A stretch of DNA of 41,693 nt from a virus. Its lineage: Duplodnaviria; Caudoviricetes. The position numbers were made by a program, and so were the translations under genes. The stretch is from the IMG/VR virus record IMGVR_UViG_3300030372_003595, positions 1 to 41,693 of that record; one strand, 5' to 3'. How positions within the stretch are numbered: position 1 is the first letter of the stretch; every line of letters begins with the position of its first letter. Below are positions 8,585 to 19,201 of this stretch, in pieces. The notes under the pieces are model-generated. The model did no database searches, was not told the DNA's origin, and was given only the letters and a program-made list of their open reading frames with translations.

Positions 8585-11500
8585 ATGGATCCCTATCAGT
8601 TTCAACAATATGTAAACTCCTACAATAGTAACCCTTGGTTATTTGACGATGATACCGTTGATGAACTAGAACGTGTTTCCAAGGAACTCGATATTCCATT
8701 CAAGAGAAATATGGATGTTGAGGAGCAAAAACAAGGTGGAGAACTTTCTAGTTTAGTCAATCAATTCGCATCTGGCGCAGTTGAAGGTTTCTCTACTTTA
8801 GGTTGGTCAGATGACCCAGTGACCCCTAGTGAGCAGATAGCTCATAGTATGGGGCATTTAATTGGGTTTGTTCCGGGAATCATTGGCGCTCCTTTATTAA
8901 AAGGGACTATGCTTGCTAGTTCTAAATTAGGACTAGGTCTTGTTAAGGGTAGTATGGCTCGAAAGGTCTTAGACAAGACTGCCAATATAGGAGAATTCCT
9001 AGCCAAACAAAAATCTCTACCATTCCAAGCGGCTGAATTTGCTCAAGGGAAGTGGGTCACTCCCGGATTGGCAAAAGCTGGATATGACATAGCCAAGGCA
9101 ACAAAGGAAGGAAGTGTTGTTGCAGATATCGCAAGTAGTGGTATCAATCTAGGTCTAGCATCTGGAGTATCTGGGATTTGGGGTGGGCCTAGAGAAGTCA
9201 TAGAATCAACCATTCATGGTGCAGCCTTTGGTGGCGCATTTGGGGCAATTGGTAACTTTACCAATATGCGTAAACTATTAGGTCACTCTAATCCTAAAGT
9301 GGCTCAATCCGCAGACGATTGGTGGTTCAATAAGGTTGTAAAAGGTGGATTAGGTGCCGGATTGCAGGGTGGTCTCGCCTTTGCTCAAGATGCTCCTACG
9401 TCAGTTGTTATGTACGAAACTCTATTAGGTTCTTATTTTGGATATAAACATCCCAGTGCCAAGAGAAAACAAGCAATGCAGTATACAGATTCTTTTTCCA
9501 ATAAAGAAAATGATGTCTATGGTGATGTTAATGTAGGAAGATCTACGGAGATGTTAAAGACCAGTGAATACAATGCTTTGCATCCAGAAGCTCAGGAATA
9601 TGTAAAGAGGCATTTCAAATACAATATATCTGAAAAGTACGATAGAAAATTAAAGCAATTAGACCTATTCATTGAAGAACCAGATACTCCTACGGAAGCA
9701 TCTGTCTTTTTAAAGATGATGAAAGAAAGGCTTGTAAGCAACGTAGAGGCTGAAGAAGCTGCGATGAGGATGCGAAAAGGTGAGAATAGTGAGTTATCTG
9801 AAATGGAGAGCCTTGATGCAAAAGCCAAATCAATGGATAAGTTTGATAGGGATTATGAGCAATTTGAGGAATCTTCTCTTATCTATAAGGTAGCCAATGA
9901 GGTCATACCCGAGACAAAGGAAGGTGAGAAAATTGATAAGGATAAACCACTTGGTGAATTGAGTAAGGATGTGCAAGAAGTGGTTGACAATATGTCTGAG
10001 ACTCAATTGGAACGAGCAAGAGGCGGAGACATAGAAGCTATAATGGAAGTGGTCAAGGGTAATGTAGAGAACAATCCCAACCAAAGAGAGGGCATTGACT
10101 ACGTCACTGAAAGAATGGATAAGGATCAGTTAGAATTAGACACTCCTACTTCAATTCGTTATTTTCTGAGGGAAATAGAAAAATCAGTTCAAGGAGAAGA
10201 GTCTCCTATTGAGATACTGGATAACATACTTGGCGTATATAAAGATTCAGTCACTAAAAAAGACACATATGAGACCTTTATTGAAAAGGTGAAGGATAAA
10301 GCAGATAACTACGTACCAAGTACAGAGGTCGAGAATGGCCTAAAGCAACTATTCAATAGAGTTAGAAATGAAGAATTGAGACCTTATCTATTCTTTAATA
10401 AAGGTGGCTGGCTAGGTACTAGGGATGTATACAATGGTAAAGGTGATAGGGTTGCTGAAAATCAACCATCTCCGTCTGATGAGGTTCATTTTAAAAAGAC
10501 CGGAGACTTTTTTGACAATGTTAAAGTAGTGGAATTCAAGGAGTTCGATGCTTATGGCGGATTGCATAGACCTTATGATAAGCATTTTGGGCCATCGGGT
10601 GAGATGGAGAATGTTATGTATGGATATGACTGGCTTGAATTATCCAAATCCTTGGACAAGGGCAATAGATATCTAAAGATACCAAAGAAGGATAATGGGG
10701 TTGAAAGGGTCTATCCGTACCATAAGAGCGTTAAGAACCTTGAGGGGCTACAGTTGGATAAGACTTGGGATCACTACATGAAGGTATTTTCCAAGATAAC
10801 ATCAGCAGACCCTAACTCGAAGGGGTTCTCTGCTAGAGACCTTATAAATAAAGATGCTACTGAGTGGTTGAAATTTCATCAATTAGATAACGCTTCTCAA
10901 AAGGACCAGTCTAACGCACTTGCGATGTATAGAAAGGCGATGTTGTCTAATTTTCTATATGAACCAGGAGCGCAGTTTGCAAATGCTCAAAAAAGAGTTA
11001 AATATGAGAGTTTACTTGCTAGTAAGGGAATGCCTCAAAAGGATATCGCTAGATTCAAGGACATAGTTGGAGATGAAGGTGTATTGGAGTTCATACCTGT
11101 CATAGGCGAACCAGATGGAAAGGTTCATAAATCAAATGTGAAAGGTCAAAAGGAAGATAGGTACCTTCAACAAGAAGGTGCCATCATCAAAGATAAAATG
11201 TATGAAAGCGAGATCGATGGATACTTGACCTTACATAGTGACCTTTATAAAAGATTATTGGAAGCAAATGGATTTGGAAAGGATGTTTCAAGATTGAAGC
11301 CTTCCATAGCAGCTTGGATAGGAGACCAATTGTTTATTGTGAAAGGTGGAGTTCATCCGTCCCATCCTGAATACGATGCATCAATGGGAGCTAGCAATCG
11401 AGGTATCGTAATGACAAGTGCCGCCAAGATACTACCCAATGGTACAAAGTCATACTATGGTGAGGCCGTTGGTTATAAAAACAAGACCTATCAGTACCAT

Positions 11501-14500
11501 TTTAAAGATTCAAAGACAGGTAAAAGAGTAAAGAATCCAGAGACCGTCAAGATCAAATTAGAAGATCTACGTATTGATTATGGGGTTCGTGAAGATGCAC
11601 ACGCACTTGAAAGTCAGACCATTAAAAAACAGTTTCATGTACTGCTGAATAAACTACAGATACCAGAAAAGGCATTTAAGGATTTTATGTCTGCTGCATT
11701 CGATGAGGGAATCCAAGGTAATTCCATTGCCAATGCAGTTGTGAAGTCCATTGGTGAAAATTCAAAGATGCCAATTCCAAAGAATTTTAGAATATCTGAG
11801 ATAGGGGATGCTGAGTTCACTAAGATAATAAGTAGTCCAAAGAAATATCACTCTCTATATAAAGAATTATTGAAGGAAATGGTAGGTGAGACCAAGTATA
11901 GGGATCGTGCAGATTCCTTCGCTGAAGAGGACTTTTTAGTCGAGTTGGACACATATGTCAATGAACTGCAAAGATGGGCAAAATACAGTGATTTTGACCC
12001 TGTATCAGCACAAGCAAAGCCTGAATTGTACCAAGCGATGATCTTAAGATATAGAAAGAATAAATATATGTATCCAAAGTGGAAACATTCTGCATCTGGA
12101 TGGGTTGCCGGTGTTGACCCGATCAGTAAGGCCAAGTATGGAAAGATAGAAAAGAACACGTTCAAACTAGGTCACAGTTATAAAGGTAAGATGATAAAGG
12201 TTGGTGGGATTGAAAAGAGCTTGAGTGAAGTTTGGGAGCTTTATAAAAATCCTAAAACATCAGCTAGGGATAAAAAGATATATGCTGAGGCTCTTACTTG
12301 GGCAATAATGAGAGTTCCTTCCCCTGCGGTTGCAGGTACAAGAATATTGAATTTCAGAGGATTCATTGATAACGATCTAAAATTAGCAGATTATGGTGTA
12401 TATATGCATCAAAAAGACCATTTCTATATAGATGGTGCAGATGTAGATGGCGATAAGGTATTCATGTACCAAGGGTTGCCAAAAACATTTACCAAAGCAG
12501 TATTTGAGCAACGGAATGAGCTTTCTTATACAAAGAATGGCAAGCAAGTAATGTTTCCAAATAAGGATAAGAGTAAAAAAGTGACCGAAGAATTTGGAAG
12601 TGCCTTTCCAGATAGAAAGACAGAAGCCTTATTTAGTAGTAAGATAAGCCAATATACACCATTTGCTTTAAGGAAGGTCGGTATGTCCGCTTATGAGGGA
12701 AAAGAATCAATGGGAACCGTGGTCAATGCAAAGACCTTTTTGAATTACGTCACTGCTGATATCATTGACCCTAAAACCGGCAAGGGTATTAAAGCTTTAG
12801 ATATATTCACTAAGGATAAGAAAGATGGGACTATGTATCTAGAAACCAGTCTCAAGCATTTGAATGATGTAGTGAATGGTTATAGGAAATATGCAGTTGA
12901 GGCATCCAGTAGGACTGCTGATAGTTCAGAGTATTGGAATATGATAGACGCTAAGACCATGAGAGACCTCTTATTCAGTAAGGCTTTTTATGGAGCGCGT
13001 TTTGTGGATAAAGATGGTAAATCCCATGCTGTGGATTTCAATGATCTTAAGAATACGGAATATGGTGAATTGTATAATATAAATGAGAAATTGTTCGGTA
13101 AGAATTATTATGCGAATAAACCTTGGAGTATAGAAGAAGTTCAATTGGCAATGAGAAATGCTAAGAGTTCTCAGTTTAGAATGAATTCTCTATTCTATCT
13201 CGCCAATAAAATGGCTGATAATAACATACAACTCAAGTATGAGAAAGGAAGTGAGGGATGGCGAAGGCTTGTAAGGTCATTCAATGAGGCTGTGAATGGA
13301 AAGGATTCTACCATACTACCTTATATCAATAGGAAGAACCTTAAGATAACACCTTCTTATATGAAGACTGATTATGCTAGAGCGGAAGAAATGATGGAGG
13401 ACTTCTATGCAAAGCATTCTGAGTATTATTTCAATCAAGGAATCGATGTTGCTGGTTCAAACCAAAATAGATTAAGTGTTCGTCAATTGCGTATTCGTGG
13501 AATGGCTCAGGCAAATAAGAATGTAGAAAACCTCGATGCAAATCATTACAAACTATATCAAGATATGAGGAATGAGAATGTCATCAGACCTCACGACCCT
13601 CTAACAGAAAGTAAATTGGTATTTAACGATATGATGGATATGTATAGTGCTATGGTCGTATCTAAGAAAGGTGAAAAGCTCATAGAATCAATGAATGATG
13701 CAGGGAGAAGTGATCTAGCATATTCATTTTTACAGGATATTGCTCAAAAAGCAGTTAATGTCAAGTCAAAGTACAATCGCGCAAGAAAAAGCAATATACG
13801 AAAGAAAATCGGTTCCATTAAGACCTTGGCTCAAAGTGATAAGAATATAAAGGCAATAAAGGAAGACATAACCAAGAAGGCCAATTCGTTTGGCATAGAC
13901 TCCAAGATAGCTACAGATTATTTTTATAACTATATGCTTAGCTCATTGTATAATCAACCTAAGAGTAAACAAGCAACAGGTGGAATCATAGAAATTGAAT
14001 TATCAAAATTAATGTCAAAGGAAAACCCCACTGAAAGAGATGAGCAAAAGATAGGTTACTATCAAGGAATACTTTCCAATATGGGTAAATGGTACAATAA
14101 GACCAGTTTTCATAGATTCCCAATTGAGAGCAGAGAGGTTCCAGAGTCCGCTAAAAGAGAGTTTATGGGTGGGTTTGCAAAAGCTTGGAACTTAATGAGA
14201 GATAATGAACCTTATACGAAGATAGATAAGAGCATTGGTGAAAGATTGGTCGCAGAGAATATAGACCCGATTGATGCTGCGAAGCCTTCTGAGAAGAAAA
14301 TAGCATCCAAGTCCGAGATAGAGAGATTATATGACCCCATATTTGAGGGAACGACTGATAAAAAATTAGGCAACAATGTTCCTAAGGATATTCCAAATGT
14401 ATTGAAGGAATTAGAATCCGATTTTTCAAAACTACCTCCTGAGGCTACCTTATATATGGAGGATTTCTTCGGCGCATATCAGAATGAGAAACAAGTAATT

Positions 14501-17500
14501 GCCAGACCTATATCCGAATCAAATTGGGATGACATAAGGGGGTTTCAAAAATTTGTAAGGCAAATTCGCATTGAGGGTTCCGATTCTTCGAGAATGAAAA
14601 AGATCTATTATTATATGTTTCCAGAAAGGGTAGGCGAAAAGGCTCTTACTTTCGATATGAGTCAGACTTACAAGCATGAGATTCCCTATCTTCAAAAGAA
14701 TGGAAATATAGAAATGCTTGATGTGAGACTTCCATTTTCTACGATGAAATATCTTAGCACTACCTTTGGTCATATATATACAATGTCCAATATTGAAAAA
14801 GAGATCAATCAGGAAATGATTCAAAGAAGGTATGAATTAGCAGACCAGATCAAAGGAATGGATGGTGGAACTACTGAGTTTGCTAAATTGCATCGATTGG
14901 CAATTGCAAAGATGTTAAAAGAGAAAGGCTCTCAGTCAGGTAGCGATGATGCAAAGAGAGCAAAAAGAGTAATGTATGATAAAGTATGGGAAGAAAATTC
15001 TGCAGACTATGAGACTTTAAGAAAAAAGACATATAAAATAACTGAAGATGGAAAACTCGTTAATAAGACGGGTGATGAAGTGATGGATTGGATAGGAAAA
15101 AGCCACGGTGAATTTCTAGATAGTTTCTATTCAAAGTGGATATCTGCTGGATTTGATGAAAGCGGTTCTAGGCCCGTATGGGATAGGGTGGATGTAGATC
15201 ATAAATATGGAAAGATTGACGATCTATTTGAATATCTACCTAGTGGAAGATTGAATATTAATAGGATACGAAAGAAGTTATATGAAGTTGCAACACATGG
15301 TAAGAAAGACGAATTGTCAAACCTAATACAAAATACCATACTTTCTTCAGATGCTTTGTATCGCATACAATATGAGACAATGTTAGAAGGCAGAATAAGT
15401 GAGGCTAAGATATCAAAAGATAGTTTGAAGGCTAAAGCTTATAGGGAACGTGCTAGACGAAAATTCAAAGAACTACCCGATGGGGAACTGGAATGGAATC
15501 CAACTGCATTTAAACCCACTGGTTACGTTGGAACTAGGTTTGAACGTACTTCTGATTCATTTGAATATTGGCCACATACCGATCATATGGCTACAAGAAA
15601 AAGTAGAAGGGAGGTCAGGGAATACATTAGTAATGACCTATCTTCTTTAAGGGTGAAATTAGATAATTATACGAGAGATATCGAATCTGGCAATGATGTT
15701 AGAATAGAAGACTATGGTATCAAGCAGAAATTGGTAACAGTTCTTAAAGCAGATAAGGAACTCTATCTTGAAGGAAAATTAAGCAAGGAGGAGTTCATTG
15801 AAAGATTCGTTGCTCTTCAAGAACAAGATTATGAAGTATCTTTTGGAGCTAGGCAGAGCGATGACGGTGGCGCTAGTGAACACGCAATGAGATATCTTCT
15901 TGCCAATCACGCACAATCAGATTACTTAACAAAGGATATGGATGGCTTTAACTCTCGTCCCGGTTCTGGTAAGGCGAGAGGCGATGAACCAATGCCTGGC
16001 TTTAGTTTGGATTTTGAAGTATTGGAGAATTATTCAAATCAATGGATAGCTGGATTCCATAATAATCTTACAGCTTTGGTAGCTCACGATAGGATAAGTG
16101 ACTTCTCAAAAAGAAACCCTATCAAGAATAAAGATAATAATGAGGAATGGGAGAATTATATGAAGATGTACACTAGGGATGTACTAGGATTCCCAAGTGT
16201 ATTCAATTCCGATATGATAGGCTTGAATAAAAACCAAAGAAGACAAATTGAAAAAGAAGTTTCTGCAGTAGAAAAAGCAGAGAAGGAAGGTAATATTGTT
16301 TCCTCTGAAAGATTTCAAAGGTATAAAGAGCATAAGGAAACACTTAGAAAGGATAAACAAAGAAGAAAGATTCGCAAAACACCTTATTATTGGTTAAGCG
16401 ATGAGGTCGTAGGTAGGCAGTTGGAAAAACTTGCCAAGGTTTTAGGCGGTAAGGATACACCAAAACTTCCATCTTTTGAAGATAGTATCATTCCTAAGTT
16501 AAAGGAACTCCCAAAGACGGATAAAGCAAGGCAGTATGCTTTAAGAAAGGTTGCTCAAAATATAGGTGCGTTTGAAGCTAAGTGGTCTCTTATATCATTA
16601 CTATCTCACCCCAAGACCGCAATGGGTAATATAATGGGTGGTAGTATAAATACCATATCCAGTAATGGATTAAGGCATTTTGTAAATGCTAAAAGACCTG
16701 CATATCTATATTCAATATTTAAAGGTGCAAAATTAAAAAATGGCACTGAGATAACTCCAGATAACGTAATCCAATTCATGAATAGATTTGCTGAAGAATC
16801 AGGAGCATTGGAATCCTTTATTGTATCTGAGGCTCAGTTAGCACGTGGTTTCAGTGGTAAGAAAGTAAAGGGTTTTCTTTCTGAATTTGTTGAGGAACTC
16901 AAGAAAGACTATAATATGCCAGACCAATCCCTATATGATATTGGTAAGAAACACGGTATCGGTAAGGCTTTTATTGATGGCGGTGCTTGGTTCATGCGTA
17001 AATCAGAACGTATGCTTAGAAGAGATTCATTTATATCTCATTACCTCAGTGCAAGGGAGACCTTATCTCAAATAGCCCCTGACATAGCACACAATGACCC
17101 TTATTTAATCAGACACGCAGTAAAGGGAGTGGAAGCTACTCAGTTCTTATACCATTCAAGTGCAAGACCCGCATTTTCTAGAACATCTACAGGTAAGATA
17201 TTTACAAGATTCATGCCCTTTGCTTGGAATTCTATTAAGTTTAGAAGGCAAGCTTGGTCTAGAGCCAAGGTACACGGTTTTGATATCAATACACCTGCGG
17301 GTAAAAGATTGCAAAGACAAATGACTGCTGATATGATGGTCTTTGCATTAGGTCAAATATTCGTATCCTCTATTTTTGATTCAGCTATGCCTCCACCAAT
17401 GTCTTATATGCAAGATACTGCTGATTGGTTATTTGGAGATGAGAAGACAAGGGAAAGAGCGTTTTTCAATCAATGGCCTCATCCAGCACTTGCTCCACTA

Positions 17501-17761
17501 TCTGCAGTTACAGGCCCATCAATGAGATATGTACTCGGCCCTTTAAAGGCTCTTATAAATGATGATTGGGGAAACTTTGCAGATTATCATCTTTGGACTT
17601 GGGCTCCATTTGGTAGGATAGCTAGAAGTGCTGTTCGTACTTATGACGTACCTGAGATGTGGATGGAAGAACTTACTGGTATGCCAATACATAGACTGGC
17701 TCAAATGATGAAGAAATCCAGAAAGGAAAAAGAAGAACAGGAGTTGTTAGATGCCGCCTAG
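8585..17761 (+). CDS. Giant virion/ejection polyprotein containing a putative two-barrel (DPBB) DNA-dependent RNA polymerase
   Basis: 3058 aa with ordered motifs IDG (D878), LKP (K905), KG (K920), SAAK (K948), RVP (R1243) and GADVDGD (D1286/D1288/D1290). The Gly/Ala-rich N-terminus and helical C-terminus resemble large internal virion proteins. Confidence 0.8.
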   Translation: MDPYQFQQYVNSYNSNPWLFDDDTVDELERVSKELDIPFKRNMDVEEQKQGGELSSLVNQFASGAVEGFSTLGWSDDPVTPSEQIAHSMGHLIGFVPGIIGAPLLKGTMLASSKLGLGLVKGSMARKVLDKTANIGEFLAKQKSLPFQAAEFAQGKWVTPGLAKAGYDIAKATKEGSVVADIASSGINLGLASGVSGIWGGPREVIESTIHGAAFGGAFGAIGNFTNMRKLLGHSNPKVAQSADDWWFNKVVKGGLGAGLQGGLAFAQDAPTSVVMYETLLGSYFGYKHPSAKRKQAMQYTDSFSNKENDVYGDVNVGRSTEMLKTSEYNALHPEAQEYVKRHFKYNISEKYDRKLKQLDLFIEEPDTPTEASVFLKMMKERLVSNVEAEEAAMRMRKGENSELSEMESLDAKAKSMDKFDRDYEQFEESSLIYKVANEVIPETKEGEKIDKDKPLGELSKDVQEVVDNMSETQLERARGGDIEAIMEVVKGNVENNPNQREGIDYVTERMDKDQLELDTPTSIRYFLREIEKSVQGEESPIEILDNILGVYKDSVTKKDTYETFIEKVKDKADNYVPSTEVENGLKQLFNRVRNEELRPYLFFNKGGWLGTRDVYNGKGDRVAENQPSPSDEVHFKKTGDFFDNVKVVEFKEFDAYGGLHRPYDKHFGPSGEMENVMYGYDWLELSKSLDKGNRYLKIPKKDNGVERVYPYHKSVKNLEGLQLDKTWDHYMKVFSKITSADPNSKGFSARDLINKDATEWLKFHQLDNASQKDQSNALAMYRKAMLSNFLYEPGAQFANAQKRVKYESLLASKGMPQKDIARFKDIVGDEGVLEFIPVIGEPDGKVHKSNVKGQKEDRYLQQEGAIIKDKMYESEIDGYLTLHSDLYKRLLEANGFGKDVSRLKPSIAAWIGDQLFIVKGGVHPSHPEYDASMGASNRGIVMTSAAKILPNGTKSYYGEAVGYKNKTYQYHFKDSKTGKRVKNPETVKIKLEDLRIDYGVREDAHALESQTIKKQFHVLLNKLQIPEKAFKDFMSAAFDEGIQGNSIANAVVKSIGENSKMPIPKNFRISEIGDAEFTKIISSPKKYHSLYKELLKEMVGETKYRDRADSFAEEDFLVELDTYVNELQRWAKYSDFDPVSAQAKPELYQAMILRYRKNKYMYPKWKHSASGWVAGVDPISKAKYGKIEKNTFKLGHSYKGKMIKVGGIEKSLSEVWELYKNPKTSARDKKIYAEALTWAIMRVPSPAVAGTRILNFRGFIDNDLKLADYGVYMHQKDHFYIDGADVDGDKVFMYQGLPKTFTKAVFEQRNELSYTKNGKQVMFPNKDKSKKVTEEFGSAFPDRKTEALFSSKISQYTPFALRKVGMSAYEGKESMGTVVNAKTFLNYVTADIIDPKTGKGIKALDIFTKDKKDGTMYLETSLKHLNDVVNGYRKYAVEASSRTADSSEYWNMIDAKTMRDLLFSKAFYGARFVDKDGKSHAVDFNDLKNTEYGELYNINEKLFGKNYYANKPWSIEEVQLAMRNAKSSQFRMNSLFYLANKMADNNIQLKYEKGSEGWRRLVRSFNEAVNGKDSTILPYINRKNLKITPSYMKTDYARAEEMMEDFYAKHSEYYFNQGIDVAGSNQNRLSVRQLRIRGMAQANKNVENLDANHYKLYQDMRNENVIRPHDPLTESKLVFNDMMDMYSAMVVSKKGEKLIESMNDAGRSDLAYSFLQDIAQKAVNVKSKYNRARKSNIRKKIGSIKTLAQSDKNIKAIKEDITKKANSFGIDSKIATDYFYNYMLSSLYNQPKSKQATGGIIEIELSKLMSKENPTERDEQKIGYYQGILSNMGKWYNKTSFHRFPIESREVPESAKREFMGGFAKAWNLMRDNEPYTKIDKSIGERLVAENIDPIDAAKPSEKKIASKSEIERLYDPIFEGTTDKKLGNNVPKDIPNVLKELESDFSKLPPEATLYMEDFFGAYQNEKQVIARPISESNWDDIRGFQKFVRQIRIEGSDSSRMKKIYYYMFPERVGEKALTFDMSQTYKHEIPYLQKNGNIEMLDVRLPFSTMKYLSTTFGHIYTMSNIEKEINQEMIQRRYELADQIKGMDGGTTEFAKLHRLAIAKMLKEKGSQSGSDDAKRAKRVMYDKVWEENSADYETLRKKTYKITEDGKLVNKTGDEVMDWIGKSHGEFLDSFYSKWISAGFDESGSRPVWDRVDVDHKYGKIDDLFEYLPSGRLNINRIRKKLYEVATHGKKDELSNLIQNTILSSDALYRIQYETMLEGRISEAKISKDSLKAKAYRERARRKFKELPDGELEWNPTAFKPTGYVGTRFERTSDSFEYWPHTDHMATRKSRREVREYISNDLSSLRVKLDNYTRDIESGNDVRIEDYGIKQKLVTVLKADKELYLEGKLSKEEFIERFVALQEQDYEVSFGARQSDDGGASEHAMRYLLANHAQSDYLTKDMDGFNSRPGSGKARGDEPMPGFSLDFEVLENYSNQWIAGFHNNLTALVAHDRISDFSKRNPIKNKDNNEEWENYMKMYTRDVLGFPSVFNSDMIGLNKNQRRQIEKEVSAVEKAEKEGNIVSSERFQRYKEHKETLRKDKQRRKIRKTPYYWLSDEVVGRQLEKLAKVLGGKDTPKLPSFEDSIIPKLKELPKTDKARQYALRKVAQNIGAFEAKWSLISLLSHPKTAMGNIMGGSINTISSNGLRHFVNAKRPAYLYSIFKGAKLKNGTEITPDNVIQFMNRFAEESGALESFIVSEAQLARGFSGKKVKGFLSEFVEELKKDYNMPDQSLYDIGKKHGIGKAFIDGGAWFMRKSERMLRRDSFISHYLSARETLSQIAPDIAHNDPYLIRHAVKGVEATQFLYHSSARPAFSRTSTGKIFTRFMPFAWNSIKFRRQAWSRAKVHGFDINTPAGKRLQRQMTADMMVFALGQIFVSSIFDSAMPPPMSYMQDTADWLFGDEKTRERAFFNQWPHPALAPLSAVTGPSMRYVLGPLKALINDDWGNFADYHLWTWAPFGRIARSAVRTYDVPEMWMEELTGMPIHRLAQMMKKSRKEKEEQELLDAA

Positions 17762-18899
17762 ATTTAAAGGATTCAATGTAGAAGAACCATCATCCACTAG
17801 AGTAGACATACCAGTACCAGTAGGTGCAGACCCAAATAGGTTTGGTAATATAAGGGAGTATAAACCAAATTTTATTGATAGGGTAGGTAACTTAATTCCT
17901 GATACGGGTGTAGGTGGTGTATTAAAAGGATTGTATCGTGGTGTAGATGATGGGGTATTTGGTTTACTACCATCTGGTAATTATGAATCTTCGACACCTG
18001 AGACCAAGTTAGGTGAAAATATGGGGCATCTTGCTGATCCATTTGCAATACCTTTAGCTGGACTTAAAACTGCTAAATATGCAGTAAGTGGTGGCACACC
18101 TATTAGTAGGTTAATAGCAAACAGTATTAATCCAGAAACTTATAGTAATAAATGGCCTGAGTTAAAAAGAGTATTGACTAATCCTAAGGTTTTAAAAGAG
18201 GCGGTTATAGATGACATACCCCAATGGAAAAGCCCAGTTTATTATGACAGATTGGGGCAAAGAACGGGTTTGGATGACAGATTGTTTGCGTGGAGAAAAA
18301 AACTTGGTTTAGGTAAGCCTAATGAAAAATATAACCAAACTTTGAATATGGGTCAGTACAACGCAGCGCAAAGTGCAAAGAAAAAAATAAAATATTTACG
18401 TGAAAATCATCCACATTTAGATAGAAGTGCGTATCAAGAAATAGTAGATGATTATAATCAAAATAATCCTATAAATAGAATATGGAATAAATTTGGTAGC
18501 CATACAGAAGATGGTAAAAAATATTATCATTATAAAAATTCAGATGATTATTTTGAGGGAGTAACAGGTAGAGATGGCCATACATTATTTGGGTCTTATG
18601 GTAAAAAGCGAACCATGAAAGGAAGTAAAGAACTTGGTGGCGTATTAAAGGAAGATTATTATGATAATTGGGATTTTGCATTTAACAAACCTTTATCAAG
18701 TTATTTACCAAAAGTTACTTCGGATGTAGTTGTTATGGGATCACATTCATCAGTGCCTGTTTTTTTACAAAGAAGTCTTGCAGAGGCTTTATTAAAACCA
18801 TTAGAATTTAAAGGTACTGCTAAAAGGATATATAGAAAACCAAGCAAAGAACAAATTGAAGCTACTCAGACTATTAGGAATAATCCTTTACCATTTTGA
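17751..18899 (+). CDS. Hypothetical protein (possible additional ejected protein)
   Basis: 382-aa ORF with AGGAG RBS overlapping the end of the giant gene. No recognisable motif. Confidence 0.7.
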   Translation: MPPRFKGFNVEEPSSTRVDIPVPVGADPNRFGNIREYKPNFIDRVGNLIPDTGVGGVLKGLYRGVDDGVFGLLPSGNYESSTPETKLGENMGHLADPFAIPLAGLKTAKYAVSGGTPISRLIANSINPETYSNKWPELKRVLTNPKVLKEAVIDDIPQWKSPVYYDRLGQRTGLDDRLFAWRKKLGLGKPNEKYNQTLNMGQYNAAQSAKKKIKYLRENHPHLDRSAYQEIVDDYNQNNPINRIWNKFGSHTEDGKKYYHYKNSDDYFEGVTGRDGHTLFGSYGKKRTMKGSKELGGVLKEDYYDNWDFAFNKPLSSYLPKVTSDVVVMGSHSSVPVFLQRSLAEALLKPLEFKGTAKRIYRKPSKEQIEATQTIRNNPLPF

Positions 18900-18903
18900 C
18901 AAT

Positions 18904-19188
18904 ATATACAAATCATATACAAAGTAATTGATTAAATCATAATTCTCCATTTAATATGTAGTATGGGGAAGTTGATGGTTTTAATAAAGTTTAGAGAGTA
19001 TTACAGTGTATGTGTTTGTTAGTTGCGAGAGTAGCTCAGCTGGTAGAGCATCACGTTGCCAACGTGAGGGTCGCGAGTTCGAATCTCGTCTCTCGCTCAT
19101 CTGTAACTTCACATATTACTTATTTTATAGACTTTAGCACTTCTCCACAGTAACTACTAAAAACTGTATATATACAATATATATACAA
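18904..19188 (+). repeat. Putative attP: two pairs of ATATACAA direct repeats (integrase arm-type sites) flanking the tRNA
   Basis: ATATACAA at 18904, 18915, 19170 and 19181, each pair with 11-bp spacing, bracketing the tRNA directly upstream of the integrase. Confidence 0.65.
19025..19097 (+). tRNA. tRNA-Gly (GCC)
   Basis: Acceptor stem GCGAGAG/CTCTCGC, D-arm GCTC/GAGC, anticodon arm TCACG-TTGCCAA-CGTGA (GCC at 19058-19060), T-loop TTCGAAT, discriminator U. CCA is not encoded. Confidence 0.97.
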
Positions 19189-19201
19189 AATTGGAGTAAA
19201 T

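Noticed and set aside
8580-8590. TATAGATGGAT shared by the starts of the giant gene (8580) and putative terS (33140), both lacking a clear SD
   Set aside because: Six of the 11 nt are just the Met-Asp codons and the rest is low-complexity AT. Too weak to call a motif.
8585-17761. T7/N4-type single-subunit (right-hand) RNAP or tape-measure protein as the identity of the giant ORF
   Set aside because: No convincing DxxxSG / RxxxKxxxMxxxYG / HD motif set and no tape-measure repeats were seen. The RxP...DxDGD arrangement fits two-barrel enzymes.
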